Assembly (NCBI GenBank): GCA_965219995.1
Contig: CBDCOX010000002.1
Coordinates: forward strand, 608,001 to 672,000
Direction of reading: 5' to 3'
Origin: Candidatus Latescibacterota bacterium
GTDB lineage: Bacteria; Latescibacterota; UBA2968; GCA-2709665
Length of the DNA: 64,000 nt
Position 1 is the first letter of the stretch. Each line of letters begins with the position of its first letter. The notes under the pieces were generated by a model that did no database searches, was not told the origin of the DNA, and saw only the letters and a program-made list of their open reading frames with translations. The position numbers and the translations under genes are program-made. Shown here in pieces: positions 52,501 to 58,793 of the stretch.

Positions 52501-54169
52501 ATCCAACGGAACGGCGGCAGCAGGCGCAGACTATGTGAGGACGCGTGGCGCCCTTCGCTTCGACCCGCTGGAGACGCGGCTGACGATCAATGTCCCGATC
52601 GTCGACGACAGCGTCGAGGAAGACACCGAGAATTTCAGGGTGATCCTGTCCAGGTCCGTGAACGCGACGCTTAACGGTGGCGAGGCGGCGGCAACCGGCA
52701 CGATCGACGACAACGATGCCGCGATACGGGCGCTGGAGATATTCCTTTCGAGCGTCGGACGCATGGTGGCTTCGGATGCCGTCGAGGTGATCAGCCGCCG
52801 TTTCGATTCGAACAGTGACGGCCGTCCGTCGCTCACGCTCGGCGGGCAGACATTGATCATTGACGGCGACCGGGAATCGGGCCACCGGTTGTACTCGACA
52901 ATTCCCGCGCGGGAAATCGCCTGGATCGAGGCGCCGGGGCAACGTATCCCGACGGACGCTCAGACGGCCCAGAGCCGGTCTCATCTGCGCCAGACCAGTG
53001 TTTGGGACGTGCTGTCCCGCAGCGACATCTACGTGCCCTACCGCAGAAGAGGAGGCGAGTCGGGATGGACCCTTTGGGGCCGTGGCGCCATCAGTGGATT
53101 CCACGGCGCGCCCGGAACCGCTCGGCGGATGGATGCTGACGCCATCAGCAGTTACGTCGGTATCGACTACAACATCCGCTCAAGGGCGCTGCTGGGCCTG
53201 GCTGCAACGCGAAGCGCAGGAGATTTGAATTACACCCATTCCGCTTCGGGCAGGACACTCGTGCCGATCGATTTTTCGATCACAACGCTGCTGCCTTACC
53301 TCCTTCTGAAACCGCATCCGCGGTTTGGATTGTGGGGGATGTTCGGTACGGGCCGGGGCAGGGTCGAGCTTGTTGACGCCGACGGCGGTCTGGATACGGA
53401 TCTGGCGTTACGGATGGGCGCCGGCGGCGGCCGTCAACATCTGACCACGCTGGATCGGGTCCAATTCGCACTTAAGGGGGACGCCTTTTACGTGGAAACC
53501 ACGTCTGACGGAAACGCACGATTACCGGAGGTGCGTGAGCAGGCAAAGCGGGTGCGCCTGCTCATTGAGGGCCGTCACACCCATAGAAGTGGACGCAAGA
53601 GCCGGTTTAGCCAGAACGTGGAAATCGGCGGAAGGTGGGACAGCGGGCGCGTTGAGAATGGCAGGGGCGTTGACGTGGGCGGCGGCATCGAATACACCCA
53701 TGTCGATCACGGCGTCAGCCTTTCCGCACGCGGACGCTATCTCGTCTTGCACCAGCAGCCGGACTACGAGGAGTGGGGGGCGAGTCTGTTTCTGCGAATC
53801 AGTCCCGGTTATGGCGAACGGGGAATGCTGGTAGACGTCACGCCGGCCTGGGGCGCACCCGCAGATTCGGACGGAACGCTGTGGCTGGACGCGCCGTTCC
53901 TGGCATTCAATCCCGCGGAAACGCCAGGAGTTCGACCGGATCGGATGAAGGTCGATATCGGGTATCGACTCCTGACGGCTGACGGAAAAGGGACGGTAAC
54001 TCCGTATGGCGGTTGGACGGCAGGGCCGCGCGGCCGCGACAGATATCGCATCGGCGGCCGTCTCCGGCTGGGTAGGGCTGCAGGCCTGGACGTGTGGGGC
54101 ACACGGCAGGCGCAGGGACAGGATGCTGCGATTTACAGCATCAGAATAACGGGACGCATAGTCTGGTAG
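43571..54169 (+). CDS. Giant (about 3530 aa) acidic Calx-beta-like repeat surface protein with a C-terminal autotransporter-like beta-barrel
   Basis: Long signal region ending AVA-Q; many YTVKL.T.PTA.VTVT..LTFT...WN..QTVTV.A.DD.D repeats; canonical Calx-beta VNYATSNGTAAAGADY..E.TENF.V.LS; amphipathic strands ending in terminal W. Confidence 0.85.
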   Translation: MTLKYHNTARPVNAKTGSTCGGPSHARYATGSDRCIAGCRRRRPWLGLVSRSRNSIFRTALSVITLLILGAADRAVAQSQDLVLSESSLVVEENADNSYTVKLATAPTADVTVTISGTSGTDLSVDNTSLTFTSTTWNAEQTVTVTAAGDTDATDDTATLTHTASGGDYASVTKNLPVAVEDVTTVTMNISGLLSSISEAGDVYASLELSASLNLALSDDVTLTVSAAPADANTTADHYTLSPDPPEITIASGATQTGDVVNFVPVDDHKTGHKNVTLTFTVNNDRVTVSPGTTYNVFIRNDDLAQITLELQPAPIFENGRAGRVRARLLRSRPQTEQVTLNIAATASSPTVASDFTLSGQALTFPPGSFMSEGLVEITANDDTDMDDEIVIVSATVEAGQGVIEPDPLNLQIVDDDESGPITLSLRLSPDRLVESGGSTISTVTAEASRPLSQAATITVSASPDSAVATTTTDDFTLSLNRELLIGVGETASRGAVTITAVDNALYEGTHKSVLVAGTVTGNTGVAAPPERVLTILENDSKALVQMIATPGEIDEDGGVSTISAVSFVPMPETVTFDVRVFGSTLTLSDNVQLTMPAGQTMSTGTVTVTAGDVAGTNNTSASISRTNLSSSSFTVRTTSVIILDDDATASMLWMLLSPNRLVEGQGQTSVVSAYLTQPLAENVSVTVAFDEDNTTAFADEYTLSTDRTLTISAGDTTSTGTVTLSTVDNDYYSHRFGSKVAYTYEVTGPDGLNAAKIQNDWNIVEDESPPEVTLVLTPDAIGEDGGMSTVTAELNSAVRSDVTVTVSTEASVDFTQTGSTLTIAQGSKTSTGTVTLTAIDNDVDALDRLVLVSGALTIADELSFGTIAFPYSRQLTITDDDDANLVLSSQTLPVNEGSSNTFRARLDTEPTANVTVNIGLPPGTDVSVNNPVLTFTPTTWNTEQTVTVLAAHDDDAVDDTAILTLEASGGGYGSISKDLDVTVTDDDEAAIVLSPAPLPVDENDDNSYTVKLDTEPTATVTVTIGGHSGTDLSLDKTSLTFTTTTWNTEQTVTVTAGDDDDGVDDDETLTHVASGGDYASVTKDLDVTVTDDDEAAIVIDPAPLPVDENDDNAYTVKLDTEPTATVTVTIGGHSGTDLSLDKTSLTFTTTTWNTEQTVTVTAGDDDDGVDDDETLTHTASGGDYGSVTKDLPVTVTDDDEAAIVIDPAPLPVDENDDNAYTVKLDTEPTATVTVTIGGTADTDLTTDPPILTFTTGNWSTEQTVTVTAGEDDDAVDDSATLTHTASGGDYGSVTKDLRVMVTDDDEPAIVLSPVPLSVDENDDNAYTVKLDTKPTATVTVTIGGHSGTDLSLDKTSLTFTTTTWNTEQTVTVSAGDDDDGVDDSETLTHTASGGDYVSVTKDLEVAVTDDDDPALVITPPSLGVLENGDRPYTVSLATEPTATVTVTIGGHSGTDLSLDKTSLTFTTTTWNTEQTVTVSAADDTDAVNDPETLTHTASGGDYGTVSKDLPVTVTDNDEAGLSLSSPALEVGENDDETYTVALATEPTATVTVTIGGHSGTDLSLDKSSLTFTATSWNTEQTVTVSAGDDDDAVNDGETLTHTASGGDYGSVSKDLPVTVADDDEAAIVLSPTPLTVNENDDNTYTVRLATEPTATVTVTIGGHSGTDLLLDKTSLTFTTGNWSTEQTVMVSAGDDDDAVNDGEDLTHTASGGDYGSVTKDLSVTVTDDDEAAIVLAPASLPLDENGDNTYTVKLATEPTATVTVTIGLPPGTDVSLDRTSLTFTTGNWNAEQTVRVSAGDDEDAVDDSETLTHAASGGDYVSETKDLPVTVTDDDEAAIVLAPASLPLDENDDATYTVVLDTRPISTVTVTIGGTAGTDLTTDLPNLTFTTGNWNVEQTVTVSAGDDDDAVNDNETLTHVASGGDYGSVTKDLPVTVTDDDEAGLVLAPETLGVRENGSAPYRVRLATRPTADVSVAISGYMGTDLTLDETGLTFTTATWNVEQTVTVTAGDDVDAVSEDATISHTASGGDYGSVTADLSVVVTDDDAPALVLSPPSLTLMEGENVTYTVSLATRPTAGVTVTIGGTADTDLLLDKTLLTFSTTDWNIDQTVSVSAEADDDSGSDTATLTHTAFGGDYGSVTRDLRVLVTDDDEADLVISPRSLTVTEGSSASYRVRLSTLPGGAVTVTIVVTSDADVSLSTTTLRFTPENWNVDQSVRVSAAHDADSSDDSARLSHSAAGAAYGSVRKDLPVRVADDDEVGLVMSPASLSFGEGTSTAYTVKLFSQPGANVIVTISGGSEADLRLGRNTLAFNNSNWNTAQTVTVTAGHDDDAVNDTGVLAHMASGGNYGSVRENLPVTVIDDDSGGGGRGVAGDIVLAPASLRVDEGTHEDYTIALNAPPGSDVTVTIGGTTGTDISLDKESLTFGTASWNTPQTVRVSAAHDDDADDDSATLSHAASGGGYDTVGRNLAVTVTDDDTRDEQAGAEVTVSFARTNYTAEEGGNPAQVTVRVVLNSDPEREVTVPLTVDLNGGATPDDFEGVPEAITFGVGQMAKSFNVIAVDDDVDDDGESLTIGFGSLPDRIVAGRPSSTEIHIVDNDDPMTVVSFARDSYTAREGSAPARVTVRVMLSGDPERRVTVPISVNLLGGATLEDFEGVPASVTFGRGEMEKFFDVIAVDDDLDDDDESIAVGFGTLPDRVIPGNPAEAVIHIEDDDDPVVNVSFDRSSYDAAEGGNPALVAVLLGADPEREVTIPVVVTHGGGATAADYDGVPPNVVFNSGETRKQFAIAAVDDDVDDDGESVTLGFGTLPERVERGRPMNAAVTIVDNDERGVTVSTRALAVPEGQAASYTVVIRSEPTSQVNVDVTVTANPDVSVDPLQMTFSTENWDVPQEVVVLAAHDDDAIVDRATLNHATSGGDYGAVAVPSLAVTVIEDDVPVVAIGNERVTEHAGDMVFTVSLDVQSSEEVIVNYATSNGTAAAGADYVRTRGALRFDPLETRLTINVPIVDDSVEEDTENFRVILSRSVNATLNGGEAAATGTIDDNDAAIRALEIFLSSVGRMVASDAVEVISRRFDSNSDGRPSLTLGGQTLIIDGDRESGHRLYSTIPAREIAWIEAPGQRIPTDAQTAQSRSHLRQTSVWDVLSRSDIYVPYRRRGGESGWTLWGRGAISGFHGAPGTARRMDADAISSYVGIDYNIRSRALLGLAATRSAGDLNYTHSASGRTLVPIDFSITTLLPYLLLKPHPRFGLWGMFGTGRGRVELVDADGGLDTDLALRMGAGGGRQHLTTLDRVQFALKGDAFYVETTSDGNARLPEVREQAKRVRLLIEGRHTHRSGRKSRFSQNVEIGGRWDSGRVENGRGVDVGGGIEYTHVDHGVSLSARGRYLVLHQQPDYEEWGASLFLRISPGYGERGMLVDVTPAWGAPADSDGTLWLDAPFLAFNPAETPGVRPDRMKVDIGYRLLTADGKGTVTPYGGWTAGPRGRDRYRIGGRLRLGRAAGLDVWGTRQAQGQDAAIYSIRITGRIVW
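46225..51010 (+). repeat. Intragenic tandem array of about 15 x 318-bp (106-aa) units
   Basis: GAGGCGGCGATCGTG recurs at 46535, 46853 and 47171; adjacent units nearly identical. Confidence 0.9.
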
Positions 54170-54315
54170 GCTCAACCTGACAGAACAAACCCCCAGCTGC
54201 GTTCCGACGAGTCAGAATTCCGCCATCCCGCCCGTAGTCCCGGTTTTCGGGACGGTTGGGTTTGAGGTCCAGTGTCAATAAAGCGACTTGCATGCCGCAA
54301 GGCGCCAACGAACAC

Positions 54316-54348
54316 GCCCTGCTGATCGGTTTTCAGCAGGGCTGTTTT
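54316..54348. terminator. Hairpin terminator between the giant gene and tRNA-Glu
   Basis: GCCCTGCTGA-loop-TCAGCAGGGC followed by TGTTTT. Confidence 0.55.
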
Positions 54349-54364
54349 GTCTGGTTTTGTAATA

Positions 54365-54440
54365 TGGTGACCCCGAGGGGAGTCGAACCCCCGTTTCCAG
54401 GGTGAGAACCTGGTGTCCTAGGCCACTGAACGACGGGGTC
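54365..54440 (-). tRNA. tRNA-Glu(CTC)
   Basis: Acceptor stem GACCCCG/CGGGGTC, anticodon arm CCAGG-TTCTCAC-CCTGG, T loop GTTCGACTC, encoded CCA. Confidence 0.95.
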
Positions 54441-54459
54441 ACCCTGTCAAAGCGGTCGA

Positions 54460-54488
54460 AATCTAACCAGAACAGCCGGTTATGTCAA
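54460..54488 (-). promoter_or_regulatory. Sigma70-type promoter of tRNA-Glu
   Basis: TTGACA-17 nt-TAGATT. Confidence 0.7.
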
Positions 54489-54542
54489 GAAATTTGAGGG
54501 TTGAGCCGGCTCTGCGGACGCCTGTGTTCCGACGCCGCGCAC

Positions 54543-54914
54543 TCAATCCCTCGGCGGCACGGCGCACAGGAAGCCGAAGGGCTCGTCGCCGGTATTTTCG
54601 AACTGATGTTGTTCGTTCGGGGGAATGTAGACGATGTCGCCGGCGCCGATTTCATAGACTTCGCAGCCCATCATCAACCGGGCGGCGCCTCCGAGAACGT
54701 AGACGCCATGGTCGTGTTCGTGGCGGTCGAAGGAGGTCTGGCCCCCCGGTGCGATTTCATAGTACCGCAGGCTGAAGTTGACGGCGCCGTCGCGTTTTCC
54801 GATCACGACCTGCCTGCTGCCGCCCACGGCGCCATCGGTGTTATATGGTTCAACGTCGACGCCGTCCCATGTATACTCGCCGTGTTCACCCGTAAACCGG
54901 TGGAGTACGCCCAT
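54543..54914 (-). CDS. Cupin domain protein
   Basis: RYYEIAPGG...RHEHDH.VYVL.G; GDIVYIPPNEQHQF.N. Confidence 0.9.
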   Translation of the reverse strand: MGVLHRFTGEHGEYTWDGVDVEPYNTDGAVGGSRQVVIGKRDGAVNFSLRYYEIAPGGQTSFDRHEHDHGVYVLGGAARLMMGCEVYEIGAGDIVYIPPNEQHQFENTGDEPFGFLCAVPPRD

Positions 54915-54946
54915 ATCATTCCTATTTTATCCGGGCGCGCCGTCGT

Positions 54947-56095
54947 CTATTGCCCGTTGTTGAGGACAACTTTGACGAATTCGCCGAAATCGGTCGTGTC
55001 GAAGGTCCTGAAGGAGGTGAGCATGGAAGGCGTCCACTCGTCGTGCCAGATCCAGGCGGTCCATCCGATGCTGCGGGTCTGGCAGAAGTCGATCAGGGGC
55101 CGGCCGTAGTCTTCCCTGATTCTTGCCGGATTTTCCGAGTGCCCGTACCCCCATTCGCCCAGGAAGACGGCTTCGGTCTTGTCCAGATCCGAAAGAACGC
55201 TCTTCCAGGCTTCGCCCTTCCAGGGATAGGGATGGGTTTCATACACCACGTTGGGCCGATCGACCGGGTTGTCGAGCGCGCCGCTCAGGTCGTACCCCCA
55301 GTCGACGCCGGAAACCAGCACGAGCGCCCGGGGATCCACGCCGTGGATGACGTCGACGAGAGACTCGGCCACGGGCCGCCAGTCGTCCCACGCAATAAAC
55401 GAGGGTTCGTTGAACGTGCCGTAGATGACGTGGGGCTGATCTCTGTATCTTCGAACGATATCGTCGAGTGCCTCTTTTGCCAGTGAAAGGTCGGGGTTGT
55501 AGGGATTGCCGCTCCACGGATGCAGGTACCCCCACTCGGGGCGTTCCGTCTGGCCGGTCAGCGGGTTCCCGTGCGCGTGCCAGCCGAGAAAGATGTACAC
55601 GCCGCGCCGTTGGCCCCACGCGACGATCGGATCCACGAATGCGGCCAGGTAGTCCCGATACCGGTCCCAGAGGTCGGGGTGAATGGGGACCCGGACGATA
55701 TCCACGTTCCACTCGTGGGCCAGAAGGTCCAGCGCGTCCTGTCCCCGGCGGGTGGCGGCGTGCAGAAAGTACGGGTCGATCACGGCCACGCCGCGAAGGA
55801 CGACGTCCACGCGCTGACCGAAGGTGTCCGCGAAGGCCAGAAAGTCGGCAAAATCGACGATCCCGCTGTTGTCCAGGTCGAATTCGACCGCTGGCGAACC
55901 GAAAGCGTCCGCAAACATCAAAAAGTCCCGGAGATCCACCTGGCCGCCGCCGTCGAAGTCCGCGGCGGCAGTATTCACGCTGACGATTCTGTGCCCTTCA
56001 ACCCGCAGTCTCGAAAGGTTGTCGACGCCATCCGCCGGTGCAGGAAAGACCGGCAGGACGAGGATGAGAATAACAATAGCGAGGCTTCTGGACAT
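54947..56095 (-). CDS. Secreted glycoside hydrolase family 5 with an internal dockerin/EF-hand-like insertion
   Basis: Signal peptide MSRSLAIVILILVLPVFPAPA; VRVP, WH, FNEP (acid/base), H.YP, GEWG (nucleophile), GWTAW; start could be 56113. Confidence 0.8.
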   Translation of the reverse strand: MSRSLAIVILILVLPVFPAPADGVDNLSRLRVEGHRIVSVNTAAADFDGGGQVDLRDFLMFADAFGSPAVEFDLDNSGIVDFADFLAFADTFGQRVDVVLRGVAVIDPYFLHAATRRGQDALDLLAHEWNVDIVRVPIHPDLWDRYRDYLAAFVDPIVAWGQRRGVYIFLGWHAHGNPLTGQTERPEWGYLHPWSGNPYNPDLSLAKEALDDIVRRYRDQPHVIYGTFNEPSFIAWDDWRPVAESLVDVIHGVDPRALVLVSGVDWGYDLSGALDNPVDRPNVVYETHPYPWKGEAWKSVLSDLDKTEAVFLGEWGYGHSENPARIREDYGRPLIDFCQTRSIGWTAWIWHDEWTPSMLTSFRTFDTTDFGEFVKVVLNNGQ

Positions 56096-56180
56096 CCGGA
56101 CGTTCATGGACATTCCGGGATCGATTGCGCAATGCGTCTTTTTCGTTTCTTCCGTATACGCCATGCTCAGGAAACGGATG

Positions 56181-56628
56181 TGAGGGTGGGGCAGACATTC
56201 CTGTCTGCCTTCCTCGACATCGGTCAAAGTCTCCGGTCGGCCAATTGCAAACACTGTCATCCTGAGGAGGCCGGCAAACCGGTGATGGGTCCGCGCACAA
56301 GCTCGTCTGCGAAGGGCATCTGCCCCGCGTCCAGTCGAGAAGACGGGAGATTCTTCGCTCCGCTCAGAATGACATGCTTTGCAATAGCCGTCAGCGAGAT
56401 GTTTCGGTGACACCTTCGCCAAACCTGTCATCCTGAGGAGGCCGGCAAACCGGTGATGTGCCCGCGCCCCAAGCCGCTCCCTGAGCTTGTCGAAGGGTCG
56501 GCGAAGGGCTCAGGAGCTTCCTTAATTCGGGCATTTCGACATTTCGACAAGCTCAATGCAGGCATGCTTACTTCGGCAAGCTCAGCACAGGCAATGACCA
56601 CGTTTCGATAGGGGTAATTAGACGTCGC
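56181..56628. repeat. Composite REP/MITE-like element, copy 2
   Basis: TGAGGGTGGGGCAGACATTCCTGTCTGCC; two copies of CTGTCATCCTGAGGAGGCCGGCAAACCGGTGATG; GAGATTCTTCGCTCCGCTCAGAATGACA; TTCGACAAGCTCA modules. Confidence 0.8.
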
Positions 56629-56740
56629 GCTGAATTACAGGCGGCCGGGTATTAACCCGATGAGATCCTTTCAATGAAAGATAGAAATAATGCCCGTTGC
56701 TCGCAAGGCAGAAGGGAATGTCGACAATGGTTGGCGCATC

Positions 56741-56769
56741 TTGACATCACAGGATGAACATCGTATTTT
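56741..56769 (+). promoter_or_regulatory. Sigma70-type promoter of the small gene pair
   Basis: TTGACA-17 nt-TATTTT. Confidence 0.55.
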
Positions 56770-56849
56770 GAAAGGGAAGCCATCAAGAAAACAGAGATAG
56801 GGGAAGCGTTATCTCCGAACTCACCTCACGCATCATTTCTCAGTCGCGT

Positions 56850-57047
56850 GTGATTGCCAGAGGTGAAAGAATTCGCGATATTGACCGATTGGTACGCACT
56901 TTCGGTGGCAGAAAATCCAGGTGGACCAAAAAGAGCAGTCCGCGTTTCGAGATTCATGGTCTACTCTACGAATATCACTGGTACGAACATCCTGATTTGG
57001 GTCGTGTCGAACTGAAACGAAAAAGAGTCGCCGCCGATGACGGTTAA
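56850..57047 (+). CDS. Small basic protein with HWYE motif (putative toxin domain)
   Basis: IRDIDRLV..FGG....W.KKSS...YEYHWYEH...GRVELK; true start uncertain. Confidence 0.55.
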   Translation: MIARGERIRDIDRLVRTFGGRKSRWTKKSSPRFEIHGLLYEYHWYEHPDLGRVELKRKRVAADDG

Positions 57048-57369
57048 ATTTCGAAGCCAATGCGCAGATTACCCCGATCTGACACCCGGACACGAATATG
57101 GGGTCATCGGAATCGAGGCGGATGATTTGCGGGTCTTGAGCGATCAAGGTCGACCTTACCTGTATCCTGCGGCCGTATTTGAGATCGTGAATCCTCGTGA
57201 ACCAGGCGATTGGATTACTGCCTACGGAGAAGACGGTGAGCGGTACGCATACCCGCCACCGCTCAATGGCAATGGCTTCTTTGAAGACTTCTTCGACGAA
57301 GACGAGGAGGCCGTTGCCGTCTTCTGGCGAACTGTCAATCAGCGCCTGGCTGCCACGTTGGCGGTTTGA
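57037..57369 (+). CDS. Small acidic protein with YLYP motif (putative immunity/antitoxin)
   Basis: LTPGHEYGVIGIEADDLRVLSDQGRPYLYPAAVFEIV; overlaps the upstream gene by 11 nt. Confidence 0.65.
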   Translation: MTVKFRSQCADYPDLTPGHEYGVIGIEADDLRVLSDQGRPYLYPAAVFEIVNPREPGDWITAYGEDGERYAYPPPLNGNGFFEDFFDEDEEAVAVFWRTVNQRLAATLAV

Positions 57370-57391
57370 GAAATCTCGTGATGATCCAGTT

Positions 57392-57420
57392 GCCCTGCTT
57401 TGGTCGGCAGGGCTTTTTTT
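57392..57420 (+). terminator. Intrinsic terminator after the gene pair
   Basis: GCCCTGC-loop-GCAGGGC followed by T7. Confidence 0.75.
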
Positions 57421-57729
57421 ATACTCAGTCGATCGAAACCGCAACCGATGGTCCCACAGACAGTTACGTTAAGTCCATTCGACCGTGGGCCGTTTCCGTA
57501 GCGGTGAACGCCGAGCTTCGGACCCATTATTTGTCCCGGCTCTCCAGTCTTGTACGATACCCAGCCAGTGTCTGATGCCGCTGCAATCCAGTGTTCGATA
57601 CGGCGCATGGTTTCAGGAATTACCTTGTAACCCCGTCCCCTTGGGGTTATATTTGAAGCTTTTGGGCGGATCTCCAGGGGATCCGAATCGAAGCGCCCTT
57701 TGGACGATCATTTGAACGGAGAGATCCGG

Positions 57730-58716
57730 ATGTTGAAATACATCGCGTGGCGAATCCTGATGATGATTCCCACGCTCTTCGCCATTTCCATCGTATCGTT
57801 CCTGATCATCCAGCTTCCGCCTGGAGACTTCCTCACTTCGTATCTGGCGCAACTCACCTCGATGGGAGAGACGGTAAGCGAAGAGGTCATTGAGGCATTG
57901 AGGGCGCGGTACGGGCTGGGTAGTCCGGTCTACGTCCAGTACTGGACCTGGATGACCGGAATCATCACCCAGGGCGATTTCGGAATGTCCCTTCTGTGGG
58001 GCAGGCCGGTGAGCGAACTGCTTTGGGAGCGGGTCAGCCTGACGGTGATGGTGAGCGCGAGTTCGGTCCTCTTCATCTGGGTGGTCGCGATTCCCATCGG
58101 CATCTATTCCGCCGTGCGGCAATATTCGATCGGCGACTACATCTTCACGTTTCTGGGTTTCCTGGGGCTGGCCACGCCGCCGTTCATGCTCGCGCTGATC
58201 GCGCTGTGGATCGTCTTCGTGTCCACCGGAAGCGTGCTGGTCGGGCTGTTTTCGCCCGAGTTTATCGACGCGCCATGGTCGTTCGCCAAGGCACTGGACC
58301 TGCTCGCCCATCTGTGGATTCCAATGGTGATCCTGGGTACCGCGGGGACCGCCGGGACGATCCGCGTGATCCGCGCCCAGATGCTGGATGAACTGCACAA
58401 GCCGTACGTGGTGACCGCCAGGGCGAAAGGCGTGTCCGAGTTGAAACTGCTCTTCAAATATCCCGTGCGGATTGCCCTGAATCCCTTTTTCAGCACGCTG
58501 GGCTGGCTGCTGCCCCGGTTGATCGCGGGCGAGATTCTGGTGTCGATCGTGTTGAATCTGCCCACCACCGGGCCGCTGCTTCTCGGCGCGCTCACCAACC
58601 AGGATATGTACCTGGCCGGAAGCTTTATGCTGATTCTGAGCACGTTGACGGTGATCGGGACGCTGATATCGGATATACTGCTTGCGTGGGTGGACCCGAG
58701 GATCCGTTACTCATAG
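57730..58716 (+). CDS. Dpp/Opp-family ABC transporter permease (DppB-like)
   Basis: IIQLPPGD, GDFGMS, YVVTARAKG, QDMYLA, WVDPRIR. Confidence 0.9.
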   Translation: MLKYIAWRILMMIPTLFAISIVSFLIIQLPPGDFLTSYLAQLTSMGETVSEEVIEALRARYGLGSPVYVQYWTWMTGIITQGDFGMSLLWGRPVSELLWERVSLTVMVSASSVLFIWVVAIPIGIYSAVRQYSIGDYIFTFLGFLGLATPPFMLALIALWIVFVSTGSVLVGLFSPEFIDAPWSFAKALDLLAHLWIPMVILGTAGTAGTIRVIRAQMLDELHKPYVVTARAKGVSELKLLFKYPVRIALNPFFSTLGWLLPRLIAGEILVSIVLNLPTTGPLLLGALTNQDMYLAGSFMLILSTLTVIGTLISDILLAWVDPRIRYS

Positions 58717-58793
58717 CGTGCTGTCCGGGCGCGCCCGGGAATGCACAGGAGTCGCTCAAGATCGCTACGGAATCGAAAAGCAATAGACATTCA

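Noticed and set aside
56114-56431. N-terminal extension of the GH5 ORF (and 33342-33455 of the WD40 ORF, 23390-23527 of the amidohydrolase ORF)
   Set aside because: These extensions translate repeat DNA; signal peptides and RBSs indicate later starts
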